A stretch of 41,818 bases of DNA from contig JBKHXI010000006.1 in assembly GCA_046566095.1 (NCBI GenBank), positions 1-41,818 of the forward strand, given 5' to 3'. The stretch's first letter is position 1. Each line of letters opens with the position of its first letter. Of this stretch, positions 9,641-19,774 are shown piece after piece. This stretch comes from Gammaproteobacteria bacterium. GTDB lineage: Bacteria; Pseudomonadota; Gammaproteobacteria; Xanthomonadales; Xanthomonadaceae. A model generated the notes under the pieces. The model was not told where the DNA came from. It did not search any database and was given only the letters and a program-made list of their open reading frames with translations. The translations under genes were made by a program, and so were the position numbers.

Positions 9641-9704
9641 GTCATCCTGAGCGAAGCGAAGGATCTGCTTTGCAAGGCAGATTCCTCACTGCGTTCGGAA
9701 TGAC
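9641..9704. repeat. REP/MITE-like imperfect palindrome (family 1)
   Basis: The left arm GTCATCCTGAGCGAAGCGAAGGATCTGC pairs imperfectly with the right arm GCAGATTCCTCACTGCGTTCGGAATGAC. It sits in a locally AT-richer spacer between convergent genes. Related copies are at 23627-23704 and, degenerate, at 8316-8370. Confidence 0.6.
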
Positions 9705-9720
9705 ACTGGGGCGATAGTCG

Positions 9721-12210
9721 TCAGATCGCCCGCAAGGCCTGCGCCGGCGGCACCCGCACGATCCGGCGCGTGCCCCACCAGCCACCGGCGATGGCCACCA
9801 GCACGCCTCCGGCCGCGCCCGCCAGCAGCGCCGGCCACGGCAGCGCCGGCGGCAGCTCGAACACCCGCACCGCCACCAGCCAGCCGGTCCCGGCCGCCCC
9901 CAGCACCGCCAGCAGCGCGGCCACCCCGCCCAGCGCCGCGAACTCCACCAGCACCGCCGAGCGCAGCTGCGCCCGCCGCGCTCCCAGCGTGCGCAGCACC
10001 GCCGCCTCCTGCCTGCGCTCGCCCGCGGTCGCCTGCAGCGCCGCCAGCAGCACCAGCACACCGGCGGCCAGGCTGAAGCCCAGCACCAGCTGCACCGCCT
10101 CGGCGACCCGCGCGATCACCTCGCGTACCCGGTCGAGCACCGCCTCGATGTCCAGCAGCGACACGTTCGGATGCGCCCGCGTCACCGCCGCCAGTTCGCC
10201 GGCGCGGCCCGCCGGCAGGTGGAAGCTGGTGACCAGGCTGTAGTCGCCGTCGCTGCCGGCCAGCGCGGCCGGATTCAGCATCACGAAGAAGTTGACCCGG
10301 AAACTGTCCCAGTCGGCCTCGCGCAGGCTGGTGATGGTGGCGGTGTACTGCCGCGAGCCGATCTCCAGGGTCAGCCTGTCGCCCAGCCCGAGGCCGAAGC
10401 GGCCGGCCCATTCGCTTTCCACCGACAGCTGCGCGGTGGTGTCGTCCGGTGCCCAGAACGCGCCGGCGACCAGCCGGTTGGCCGGCGGGAAGTCGCGGCG
10501 CCAGGTGAAGTTGATCGGGCGCTGCAGCCGCTCGGCGCGTTCCGGATCCTGGAAATCGATCCGCTCCGGCGCGCGCCCGTTGATCGCCACCAGCCGGCCG
10601 CTGGCGAACGGCTCCAGTTCGACCCGCGCCACGCCCAGCCCGCGCAGCATCGCCGACACGCTTTCGCGCTGGTCCGGCTGCACGTTGAGCAGGAAGAAAT
10701 TGGGCGTGTCCGGCGGCAGCTGCGCGCGCCATTGCTGCAGCAGCGCCGGCCCCACCGCCGCCAGCAGCAGCAGCGCGCACAGCGACAGCGACAGCCCGAC
10801 CAGCTGCACCACGCTCAGCCCCCGCCGTCGCGCCAGCGCCGCCAGCCCCAGCCGCCACGGCCCGCGCAACCGGCCCTGCAGCCGGCGCAGGCCCGCCAGC
10901 AGCCCGTGGCCGGCCAGCGCCGCCGCCGCGGCCAGCGCCGCCAGCCCGCCCAGCACGTAGCCGGCCAGCCGCAGGTCGCGGGTGGCGACCACGACCAGCG
11001 CGATCGCCGCCGCCAGCGCCGCCGCGTACACCAGCAGCGGCAGCGCCGGGGTCGCGCCGAGGCTGCGGTTGAGCACCCGCACCGGCGGCACCGCGCGCAG
11101 CCGCAGCAGCGGCGGCAGGCCGAAGCCGAACAGCAGCAGCGCGCCGATCCCCACCCCGGCCAGCGCCGGGGCCGCCTGCGGCAGCGGCAGGCGGCCGGGC
11201 AGCAGGCTGCCCAGCGCCGCCACCAGGGCCTGCTGCGCCAGCAGGCCCAGGGCCACCCCGAGCAGGGCCGCCGGGATCGCCAGCAGCACCAGCTGCAGCG
11301 CCAGCGCGCCCAGCACCGACGATTGCCGCGCTCCCAAGCAGCGCAGGATCGCCACCGTGTCCACCCGCATCAGCGCGAAGCGGTTCGCGGCCAGCGCCGT
11401 AGCCACGCCGGCCAGCAGCACCGCCAGCAGCGCGGCCAGCGCCAGGAACTGGCGGGCCCGGTCGAAGGCCCGGCGCAGCTGCTGCTCGGCATCGTCGATC
11501 GAGACCAGGCGCAGGCCGTCGAGCCGCGGTTCCAGCCAGTCGCGCATGCCGGCGACCGCACCCGCCGCGCCAGCGAACATCAACCGATGGGACACCCGGC
11601 TGCCGGGCGCGAGCAGGCCGGCGGCCTCCACGTCCGCCAGGTTCACCAGCAGCCGCGGCGCCAGCTGCACCAGGCCGCCGCCGGCGTCGGGCTCGGCGTG
11701 CAGGCGGCGGGCGATGCGCAGGCGGCCGTCGCCGAACTCCACGCTGTCGCCCGGGCGCAGGCCGAGCGCGTCGAGCAGGCGCGCATCGGCATAGGCCTCG
11801 CCGGGGCGCGGCGGCGGGGAGGCTTCCGGGGCCAGCCCGGCCAGGTCGGCGGTGGTCTCCAGCGCGCCGCGCAGCGGGTAGGCGCCGTCGACCGCCTTGA
11901 TCTCGGCCAGCTCGCTGCGCTCGCCGGCGAACAGCACGCTGGGGAAGGACACGATCCGCGCCGTGCGCAGCCCGCGCCGCGCCGCTTCCTCGGCGAAGGC
12001 CTGCGGCGGCGCCTGCCGGCCGGATACGCCGAGGTCGCCGCCGATCAGTTCGGCGCCGCTGCGGGCAAGCGCCAGTTCGACCCGGTCGACCAGGGTGCCG
12101 ACCGCGGTCATCACCGCCACGCCGAGCACCAGCGCGGCGGCGACGGTGAGCAGCTCGCCGCCGCGCAGTTCGCGGCGCAGCGAGCGCCTGGCGAAGGGCA
12201 GGACCTTCAT
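9721..12210 (-). CDS. ybbP: FtsX-like ABC transporter permease, YbbP family
   Basis: ATG 12210 (MKVLPFARRSLRREL…) overlaps the ybbA stop (ATGA). 829 aa, many hydrophobic segments, two FtsX-type permease halves. Split out of the 1307-aa fused track ORF. Confidence 0.85.
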   Translation of the reverse strand: MKVLPFARRSLRRELRGGELLTVAAALVLGVAVMTAVGTLVDRVELALARSGAELIGGDLGVSGRQAPPQAFAEEAARRGLRTARIVSFPSVLFAGERSELAEIKAVDGAYPLRGALETTADLAGLAPEASPPPRPGEAYADARLLDALGLRPGDSVEFGDGRLRIARRLHAEPDAGGGLVQLAPRLLVNLADVEAAGLLAPGSRVSHRLMFAGAAGAVAGMRDWLEPRLDGLRLVSIDDAEQQLRRAFDRARQFLALAALLAVLLAGVATALAANRFALMRVDTVAILRCLGARQSSVLGALALQLVLLAIPAALLGVALGLLAQQALVAALGSLLPGRLPLPQAAPALAGVGIGALLLFGFGLPPLLRLRAVPPVRVLNRSLGATPALPLLVYAAALAAAIALVVVATRDLRLAGYVLGGLAALAAAAALAGHGLLAGLRRLQGRLRGPWRLGLAALARRRGLSVVQLVGLSLSLCALLLLAAVGPALLQQWRAQLPPDTPNFFLLNVQPDQRESVSAMLRGLGVARVELEPFASGRLVAINGRAPERIDFQDPERAERLQRPINFTWRRDFPPANRLVAGAFWAPDDTTAQLSVESEWAGRFGLGLGDRLTLEIGSRQYTATITSLREADWDSFRVNFFVMLNPAALAGSDGDYSLVTSFHLPAGRAGELAAVTRAHPNVSLLDIEAVLDRVREVIARVAEAVQLVLGFSLAAGVLVLLAALQATAGERRQEAAVLRTLGARRAQLRSAVLVEFAALGGVAALLAVLGAAGTGWLVAVRVFELPPALPWPALLAGAAGGVLVAIAGGWWGTRRIVRVPPAQALRAI

Positions 12211-12995
12211 GCGGCGCCGGCCCCGGCGATCTCGTCGGGCGGCGCTTCGGCCAGCCGGCCGCCGTCGAGCACCAGCACCCGCCCGCAGCGCCGCGCCAGC
12301 GACAGGTCGTGGCTGACCAGCACCAGGGTGGTGCCGTGTTCGCGGTTGAGCCGGAACAGCAGGTCGCCGACCTGGCGGCCGGTGGCCTGGTCGAGGTTGC
12401 CGGTGGGCTCGTCGGCGAACAGGATCCTCGGCCGGGTCACGAACGCGCGCGCGATCGCCACCCGCTGCTGCTCGCCGCCGGACATCTGCCGCGGGTGGTG
12501 GTGGCTGCGCGGGGTCAGCCCGACCAGCGCCAGCACCTCGGCCACGCGCGCGCGGTCCTGCGCATCGCCGCCGCCGCCGGCCAGTTCCAGCGGCAGCGCC
12601 ACGTTCTCTTCGGCGGTCAGCGCCGGCAGCAGGTGGAAGCTCTGGAACACGAAGCCGACATGGGCGGCGCGCAGCGCCGCGCGCGCCTCCTCGTCGAGCG
12701 CCGACAGCGCCCGGCCGGCCAGCACCACCTCGCCGCGGGTCGGCAGGTCCAGCCCCGCCAGCAGGCCGAGCAGGGTGGTCTTGCCCGAACCCGAGGCGCC
12801 GACGATGGCGACCGACTCGCCGCGGTTCACCGCCAGTTCGACGCCGTCCAGTATCGTGATGCTGCCGTCGGGCCCGGCCACCGACTTGCCCAGGCCGCGG
12901 GCCCGGATCTCGGCCTGTCCCGACCCCGTCGTCCCGTCCCCGAACCGATCCCCGAACCCGTCCCCGTCCATGTCCGTGCTGCTGCGCTCGTTCAT
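12207..12995 (-). CDS. ybbA: ABC transporter ATP-binding protein, YbbA/LolD-like
   Basis: Walker A GASGSGKTT, signature MSGGEQQRV, Walker B ILFADEPT. The start is ATG 12995 or ATG 12971. No later start would keep the conserved N-terminal strand. Confidence 0.85.
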   Translation of the reverse strand: MNERSSTDMDGDGFGDRFGDGTTGSGQAEIRARGLGKSVAGPDGSITILDGVELAVNRGESVAIVGASGSGKTTLLGLLAGLDLPTRGEVVLAGRALSALDEEARAALRAAHVGFVFQSFHLLPALTAEENVALPLELAGGGGDAQDRARVAEVLALVGLTPRSHHHPRQMSGGEQQRVAIARAFVTRPRILFADEPTGNLDQATGRQVGDLLFRLNREHGTTLVLVSHDLSLARRCGRVLVLDGGRLAEAPPDEIAGAGAA

Positions 12996-13584
12996 CCTGT
13001 TCCTCCTGCTGTGCGGCAGCGCGCTGGCGCGGCCGGTGCTGGTGCTGGGCGACAGCCTCAGCGCCGAACATAACCTGCCGCGCGGCAGCGGCTGGGTGGC
13101 ATTGCTCGAGGATCGCCTGCAACGCGAGTTCGACCAACCGCCGGAAGTCGTGAATGCCAGCATCAGCGGCGAGACCAGTGCCGGGGCCCTGCGCCGGCTG
13201 CCGGCGCTGCTGGCCGAACACCGCCCGGGCGTGGTGGTGGTCGGGCTCGGCGGCAACGACGGCCTGCGCGGCCTGCCGCCGGCGCAGCTGCGCGACAACC
13301 TCGGCCGGATCGTGACCCTGTCGCGGGCGGCGGGCGCGCGGGTGCTGCTGCTGGGCATCGACCTGCCGCCCAACTACGGGGCCGCCTACCGCAGGCGCTT
13401 CACCGCCGTGTACCACGACCTGGCGCGCGAACACGGCGTGGCCCTGCTGCCGTTCCTGCTCGAGGGCGTGGCGCTGGCGCCCGGCCTGATGCAGGCCGAC
13501 GGCGTGCATCCGACCGCCGCCGCGCAGCGGCGGCTGCTCGAGAACGTCTGGCCGAAGCTGCAGCCGCTGCTGGCCCGGCCCTGA
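12970..13584 (+). CDS. tesA: SGNH arylesterase / acyl-CoA thioesterase I / lysophospholipase L1
   Basis: Signal peptide MSVLLRSFILFLLLCGSALA. SGNH blocks GDSLS, GGNDG and DGVHP. Divergent from ybbA-ybbP, as in E. coli. Extracted from the tail of the 1137-aa track ORF. Confidence 0.85.
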   Translation: MSVLLRSFILFLLLCGSALARPVLVLGDSLSAEHNLPRGSGWVALLEDRLQREFDQPPEVVNASISGETSAGALRRLPALLAEHRPGVVVVGLGGNDGLRGLPPAQLRDNLGRIVTLSRAAGARVLLLGIDLPPNYGAAYRRRFTAVYHDLAREHGVALLPFLLEGVALAPGLMQADGVHPTAAAQRRLLENVWPKLQPLLARP

Positions 13585-13669
13585 GCCCCTCCCCTTCGGC
13601 TGAACGCCGCCTGACCGGCGCCTGAACGGCGCCCTGCTCTTCACGACCCCTGCACCCCGGTCCCGTCAG

Positions 13670-13728
13670 CCTTTCACAAAGCTGAAGAATCGGGACACGA
13701 TCGTGAACCTCGAAACCAACCTTTCACA
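13670..13728 (+). promoter_or_regulatory. Direct repeat CCTTTCACA (x2, 50 bp apart) in the AT-richer leader of the response-regulator gene; candidate autoregulatory site
   Basis: CCTTTCACA occurs at 13670-13678 and at 13720-13728. It lies in the only low-GC patch between tesA and the regulator. AGGGAG lies 6 nt before ATG 13748. Confidence 0.3.
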
Positions 13729-13747
13729 TCGACAGCAGGGAGCCAAC

Positions 13748-14461
13748 ATGCGCAGCGCACAGGAGCCCGCGGGGCTGGTCCTCATCGTGGAGGACAACCG
13801 CAACATCTCGGAAATGGTCGGCGAGTACCTGGAAGGCCGCGGCTTCGAGGTCGATTTCGCCTCCGACGGCCTGGACGGCTACCGGCTGGCCGCCGAGAAC
13901 AGCTACGACGTGATCGTCCTGGACCTGATGCTGCCGCGGCTGGACGGCATCGAGGTCTGCAAGCGCCTGCGCGAGGAGGCCCGCAAGTCCACCCCGGTGC
14001 TGATGCTCACCGCCCGCGACACCCTCGACGAGAAGCTCACCGGCCTGTCCGCCGGCGCCGACGACTACCTGACCAAGCCGTTCGCGATCCAGGAACTGGA
14101 AGCGCGGCTGCGCGCCCTGATCCGCCGCGAGCGCCGCCAGGTCGGCGCCGAGGTGCTCAAGGTCGCCGACCTGGTGCTCGACCCGGCCAGCCTGCGCGCC
14201 ACCCGCGGCGGCACCGAGCTGCAGCTCTCGCCGATCGGCCTGAAGCTGCTGACCATCCTGATGCGCGAATCGCCGCGGGTGGTGAGCCGGCAGGAGATCG
14301 AGCGCGAGATCTGGGGCAACAGCCTGCCCGACTCCGACACCCTGCGCAGCCACCTGTACAACCTGCGCAAGACCATCGACAAGCCCTTCGACAAGCCGCT
14401 GCTGCATACCGTGCAGAGCGCCGGCTACCGGATCGCCGACATCGAGCAGCCGCCCAGCTGA
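13748..14461 (+). CDS. OmpR/PhoB-family response regulator
   Basis: REC (LIVEDN…VIVLDLMLPRLDG…TKPF) plus a winged-helix output domain (LSPIGLKLLTILM…YNLRKTIDK). ATG 13748 was chosen over GTG 13703 because of the Shine-Dalgarno sequence. Confidence 0.9.
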   Translation: MRSAQEPAGLVLIVEDNRNISEMVGEYLEGRGFEVDFASDGLDGYRLAAENSYDVIVLDLMLPRLDGIEVCKRLREEARKSTPVLMLTARDTLDEKLTGLSAGADDYLTKPFAIQELEARLRALIRRERRQVGAEVLKVADLVLDPASLRATRGGTELQLSPIGLKLLTILMRESPRVVSRQEIEREIWGNSLPDSDTLRSHLYNLRKTIDKPFDKPLLHTVQSAGYRIADIEQPPS

Positions 14462-15741
14462 TGACCGAGGCCCTGCCGCGCCGGATCAAGCTCGCCTTCA
14501 TCTTCCAGGTCGCGATCGCCAGCCTGCTGATCGTGGCCGGCGCCTTCGTGGTCACCGCGCTGGTGGCCGACGAGGTCGTCGAGCAGGCGCTGGAGGAGGA
14601 GGCCGCCCACTTCTGGAAGCAGCGCGCCGCCGACCCGGCGTACCCGCTGCCGCAGTCGCTGGTCCGGCGCGGCTATCTGGTGGCGCCGGGCGGCTCGGCC
14701 AGCGCCGTGCCGCCGGTGCTGCGCACCCTGGAACCGGGGATCCACGAACTGCCGCGCCAGGGCGTGGTGGCGCTGGTCCAGGACGGGCCGGAAGGCCGGC
14801 TCTACCTGACCTACCCGAAGGCGCGGATCCAGCGCATGGGCGCGATGATGACCGCCGGGCCGATCCTGCTGGCGCTGCTGGCGGTGTTCTTCAGCGCCTG
14901 GCTGACCTACCGCCTGGCCAAGCGCCTGCTCGCGCCGATGGGCTGGCTGGCGGGCGAGGTCCGCACCTGGGATCCGCGCAACCCCGACCTGAGCACCCTG
15001 GCGGCCGACCGGCTGCCACCGGACGCCGACATCGAGACCCGGCAGCTGGCCGGTGCGCTGTACCAGATGGGCGAACGCACCCGCGCGTTCGTGGCCCGCG
15101 AGCGCGACTTCACCCGCGACGCCAGCCACGAGCTGCGCACCCCGCTGACCGTGATCCGGGTCGCCAGCGACCTGCTGCTGGGCGATCCCGACCTGCCGGC
15201 GCGGGCGCAGCGCTCGCTGCAGCGGATCCAGCGCGCCGGCCGCGACATGGAGGCGGTGATCGACGCCTTCCTGATCCTGGCCCGCGAGGCCGACATCGGC
15301 CAGCAGGCCGAGGACTTCCGCGTGCTCGACGTCGTCCACGAGGAGATCGAGAAGGTGCGCGGCTCCAACGAATGCAAGTCCAAGGCCGATCGCGTGGAGA
15401 TCGCCGTGGTCGAGGAGGCGGACCCGCACCTGCATGCCCCGCCGCGGGTGCTCGGGCTGATGCTCGGCAACCTGCTCAGCAACGCCTGCACCTTCACCGA
15501 CCAGGGCCGGATCGAGGTGCGGGTGCTGCGCGACCGGCTGGAGGTCCGCGATACCGGCATCGGCATGAGCGCCGAGACCCTGGAGCGGGTGTTCGACCCG
15601 TTCTACCGCGCCGAGCAGGACGCGGTCGGCAAGGGCATGGGCCTGTCGATCGTGCGCCGGCTCGGCGAACGCTTCGGCTGGCCGGTGCAGATCGACAGCG
15701 CACCGGGCGCCGGCACCACGGCGACGATCCGCTTCGCCTGA
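14461..15741 (+). CDS. Sensor histidine kinase (2 TM, HisKA, HATPase_c)
   Basis: The start overlaps the regulator stop (TGATG). H-box DASHELRTPLTVI. N/G boxes LLSNACTF, DTGIGMS, GKGMGLSIV. Confidence 0.9.
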   Translation: MTEALPRRIKLAFIFQVAIASLLIVAGAFVVTALVADEVVEQALEEEAAHFWKQRAADPAYPLPQSLVRRGYLVAPGGSASAVPPVLRTLEPGIHELPRQGVVALVQDGPEGRLYLTYPKARIQRMGAMMTAGPILLALLAVFFSAWLTYRLAKRLLAPMGWLAGEVRTWDPRNPDLSTLAADRLPPDADIETRQLAGALYQMGERTRAFVARERDFTRDASHELRTPLTVIRVASDLLLGDPDLPARAQRSLQRIQRAGRDMEAVIDAFLILAREADIGQQAEDFRVLDVVHEEIEKVRGSNECKSKADRVEIAVVEEADPHLHAPPRVLGLMLGNLLSNACTFTDQGRIEVRVLRDRLEVRDTGIGMSAETLERVFDPFYRAEQDAVGKGMGLSIVRRLGERFGWPVQIDSAPGAGTTATIRFA

Positions 15742-15780
15742 GCGGTCCTGCGAAGCCTGCGCCAGGACATCGCCGGAAAA

Positions 15781-15802
15781 AGGCGGCCCCGAAGGGCCGC
15801 CT
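15781..15802. terminator. Bidirectional GC hairpin between the convergent kinase and protease genes
   Basis: AGGCGGCCC-CGAA-GGGCCGCCT: a perfect 9-bp stem, flanked by GGAAAA on the left and GGAAGGATTT on the right. Confidence 0.7.
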
Positions 15803-15811
15803 GGAAGGATT

Positions 15812-16999
<1,188 letters not shown>

Positions 17000-17330
17000 T
17001 CGATGAAATCCCCACGAAGAATGTTGCGATGCTCCGCTGCCTCGGCTGCGGAGGGCTCCTTGCCCCACCCGCCCCCGCAATACGACCGTCGTGGTCGGGG
17101 GTGGCGGCGCGAGCGTCGGGAGCGTCCCGTTCAGCTGTCAACAGTAGTGGCCCGCATCTTGCATGCCCGGGCGCCTGGAACTGCCGCGAGCCCCGATTCC
17201 GCGGGTTCAGGGACTTCCGGACCCTGTCCGGTTGCTGCACTGCATCGCGTTTTTGCGCCGACGGCCTGGGGGGCGGCGGAGCGGCGGCGGGCGCGGTAAG
17301 CTCGACCTCCACCCCCGCCCGTTCCGACCC

Positions 17331-18338
17331 ATGCGCGCGATCCTCCCGGCCTGCCTGGCTGCCCTGATGTCCCTGACCCTTCCCCTGCACGCCCAGCCCC
17401 GCACGGCGCTCGTGATCCACGGCGGCGCCGGCGTGATCGAGCGCGGCGCGATGACGCCGCAGGAGGAGCGGGCGGTGCGCGCCGACCTGGAACGCGCGCT
17501 CGACGCCGGGCACGCGGTGCTGGCCGCCGGCGGCAGCGCGCTGGACGCGGCCGAGGCGGCGCTGGTGATCCTCGAGGATTCGCCGCGCTTCAACGCCGGC
17601 CGCGGCGCGGTGTTCGACGCCGACGGCGGCCACCAGCTCGACGCATCGGTGATGGAGGGCCATACCCGCCGCGCCGGCGCGGTCGCCGGCGTGACCACCG
17701 TGCGCCATCCGGTGCGGCTGGCGCGCGCGGTGATGGAGCACTCCCCGCACGTGATGCTTGCCGGCCCCGGCGCCGAGGCCTTCGCCGACACCCGGCCGGA
17801 GCTGGAGCGGGTGGAGAACCGCTGGTTCGACACCCCGCACCGGCGCCGGCAGCTGGAACAGGCACGGACGCGCGAGAAGGCGCAGGCCGCGGGCCTGCCG
17901 GTCGACCTGCGCGGGGCCTACTTCGGCACGGTCGGCGCCGTGGCCCTGGACGCGCAGGGCCGCATCGCCGCGGCCACTTCCACCGGCGGCATGACCAACA
18001 AGCGCTGGAACCGGATCGGCGACGCGCCGGTGATCGGCGCCGGCACCTGGGCCGACGAGCGTTGCGGCGTGTCGGGCACCGGCTGGGGCGAGTTCTACAT
18101 CCGCGCCGCGGTCGCGCACGACATCTGCGCGCGGGTGGCCTACCGCGGCGATTCGCTGGCCGATGCCGCCGAGGAAGTCGTCAACCGCGTGGTCCCGGCG
18201 CTGGGCGGCGACGGCGGCGCGATCGCGCTGGACGCCGAGGGCAACATCGCCATGCCGTTCAACACCTCCGGCATGTATCGCGCCTGGATCCGGCCCGACG
18301 GCTCGCGCGGGGTCGCGATCTACGACGACGAAGGCTGA
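17331..18338 (+). CDS. iaaA: Isoaspartyl peptidase / L-asparaginase (Ntn hydrolase)
   Basis: Signal-like N-terminus MRAILPACLAALMSLTLPLHA. IHGGAG, the autoprocessing site GTVGAVALD, and TSTGGMTNK are present. Confidence 0.85.
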   Translation: MRAILPACLAALMSLTLPLHAQPRTALVIHGGAGVIERGAMTPQEERAVRADLERALDAGHAVLAAGGSALDAAEAALVILEDSPRFNAGRGAVFDADGGHQLDASVMEGHTRRAGAVAGVTTVRHPVRLARAVMEHSPHVMLAGPGAEAFADTRPELERVENRWFDTPHRRRQLEQARTREKAQAAGLPVDLRGAYFGTVGAVALDAQGRIAAATSTGGMTNKRWNRIGDAPVIGAGTWADERCGVSGTGWGEFYIRAAVAHDICARVAYRGDSLADAAEEVVNRVVPALGGDGGAIALDAEGNIAMPFNTSGMYRAWIRPDGSRGVAIYDDEG

Positions 18339-18550
18339 ACCGGCCCGGCGGCAGGCGCGGCGGCGGGCTTGTGGCAAAATACGCCGCCGCCCCGCGACCC
18401 GTGGCGATCCCGGCCCGGACCACCGCAGCCATGTCCCCACTCCACCCGCCCGCGTGCGCCCGGCCGGCCGAAGCCGGCCCCGGCGCCGCATCGCCCGGGC
18501 GCCCCGGCACCGCCGGTGTCGTGCAGCCGGTCGCGGCGGCCTGAGCGCGG

Positions 18551-18931
18551 ATGGCGGACGAGACCGGCCACCTGCCGCGGCGCCCCTCGCGGATCCTGAA
18601 GGCGACCCGCTGGTCGCTGCAGGGCCTGGGCGCGGCCTGGCTGCACGAGTCCTCGTTCCGGCTGGAGGTCTACCTGTTCGCGGTGGCCGCGCCGCTGGCC
18701 TGGTGGCTGGGCGGGACGCCGGTGGAGCGGGTGCTGCTGATCGGAAGCTGCCTGTTCGTGCTGGCGGTGGAACTGGTGAACTCGGCGATCGAGGCGGTGA
18801 TCGAGCGCTACGGCGCCGAGTTCCACGCACTGGCCGGGCGCGCCAAGGACATGGGCTCGGCCGCGGTGTTCGTGGCGATGCTCAACGTGCTGCTGACCTG
18901 GGGGCTGATCCTCGGCTCCCGCTACCTGTGA
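18551..18931 (+). CDS. dgkA: Diacylglycerol kinase
   Basis: 126 aa, 3 TM. WLHESSFRLE…ELVNSAIEAVIERYG…AKDMGSAAV. Confidence 0.9.
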   Translation: MADETGHLPRRPSRILKATRWSLQGLGAAWLHESSFRLEVYLFAVAAPLAWWLGGTPVERVLLIGSCLFVLAVELVNSAIEAVIERYGAEFHALAGRAKDMGSAAVFVAMLNVLLTWGLILGSRYL

Positions 18932-18964
18932 CCATGCCGCGATGACGGCGAGGACGACCGTTCG

Positions 18965-19708
18965 ATGGGCCTGATGGAGATGATCGCCGACCCGCAGGTG
19001 TGGATCCTGCTGGTGACCCTGAGCTCAATCGAGATCGTGCTGGGCATCGACAACCTGGTGTTCATCTCGATCGCGGTCAGCAAGCTGCCGCACGAGACCC
19101 GCGAGAAGGCCCGCAAGATCGGCATCGCGGTGGCCTGCATCACCCGGATCGCGCTGCTGCTGACCCTGGCCTGGCTGGCCGGGCTCACCTACGACCTGTT
19201 CCGGCTGTTCGGCCAGGGCATCTCGGTGCGCGACCTGGTGCTGATCCTGGGCGGGGTGTTCCTGCTGGTGAAGGGCACGATGGAGATCCGCGACCTGATC
19301 CTCGGCGAGGAGGAGGGCGCCCACGCCGAGGCCAGGGCCGTCGCCTCGTTCGGCATGGTGATCGCGCAGATCGCGGTGATCGACATCGTGTTCTCGCTGG
19401 ACTCGGTGATCGCCGCGGTCGGCATGGCCGGCGAGTACGTGCCGGTGATGGTGATCGCGATCCTGGCGGCGGTGGCGGTGATGCTGCTGGCGGCGCGCCC
19501 GCTGGGCCAGTTCATCGACCGCAACCCGACGATCAAGATGCTGGCGCTGGCCTTCATCGTGCTGATCGGCGCCTACCTGACGGCCGAGGGCTTCGACCTG
19601 CACATCCCGAAGGGCTACATCTACGGGGCGATGGGCTTCTCGGCGCTGGTGGAGGTGCTCAACCTGCTGGCCAAGCGCAGGGCCCAGCTGCGGCGCCCGT
19701 CGGAGTAG
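18965..19708 (+). CDS. TerC-family integral membrane protein
   Basis: 247 aa, polytopic, with the TerC motif LGIDNLVFI and its repeat (DIVFSLDSVIA). GAGGA lies 10 nt upstream of ATG 18965. ATG 18974 is an alternative start. Confidence 0.85.
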   Translation: MGLMEMIADPQVWILLVTLSSIEIVLGIDNLVFISIAVSKLPHETREKARKIGIAVACITRIALLLTLAWLAGLTYDLFRLFGQGISVRDLVLILGGVFLLVKGTMEIRDLILGEEEGAHAEARAVASFGMVIAQIAVIDIVFSLDSVIAAVGMAGEYVPVMVIAILAAVAVMLLAARPLGQFIDRNPTIKMLALAFIVLIGAYLTAEGFDLHIPKGYIYGAMGFSALVEVLNLLAKRRAQLRRPSE

Positions 19709-19774
19709 GCCGGGCGGGCAGGGCGGCGCCGCGCTGGGGCACAATGGCCGCCGACGCAAGCACCGGGGACACGC

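Noticed and set aside
9721-13644. Very long single ORFs in the track: 9721-13644, 10171-13584, 23711-25459, 25523-29227, 26839-29688, 32158-34761, 35281-37068 and 37046-39811.
   Set aside because: Each is a real gene plus an upstream open frame that reads through neighbouring genes. Internal starts with signal peptides, ATGA overlaps or family-typical N-termini define the true genes (ybbP, tesA, rsmA, surA, lptD, the ubiH paralogue, rlmM and the lipoprotein).
18339-18550. 212-nt gap before dgkA: a small ORF (MSPLHPPACARPAEAG…), or a yybP-ykoY (Mn2+) riboswitch serving the downstream TerC-family gene.
   Set aside because: The ORF is Pro/Ala/Gly-rich with no Shine-Dalgarno sequence and no motif. 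I saw no yybP-ykoY-like conserved core, and dgkA lies between this gap and the TerC gene. The only feature is a 9-bp stem (18357-18365 pairing with 18382-18390) that may terminate iaaA.
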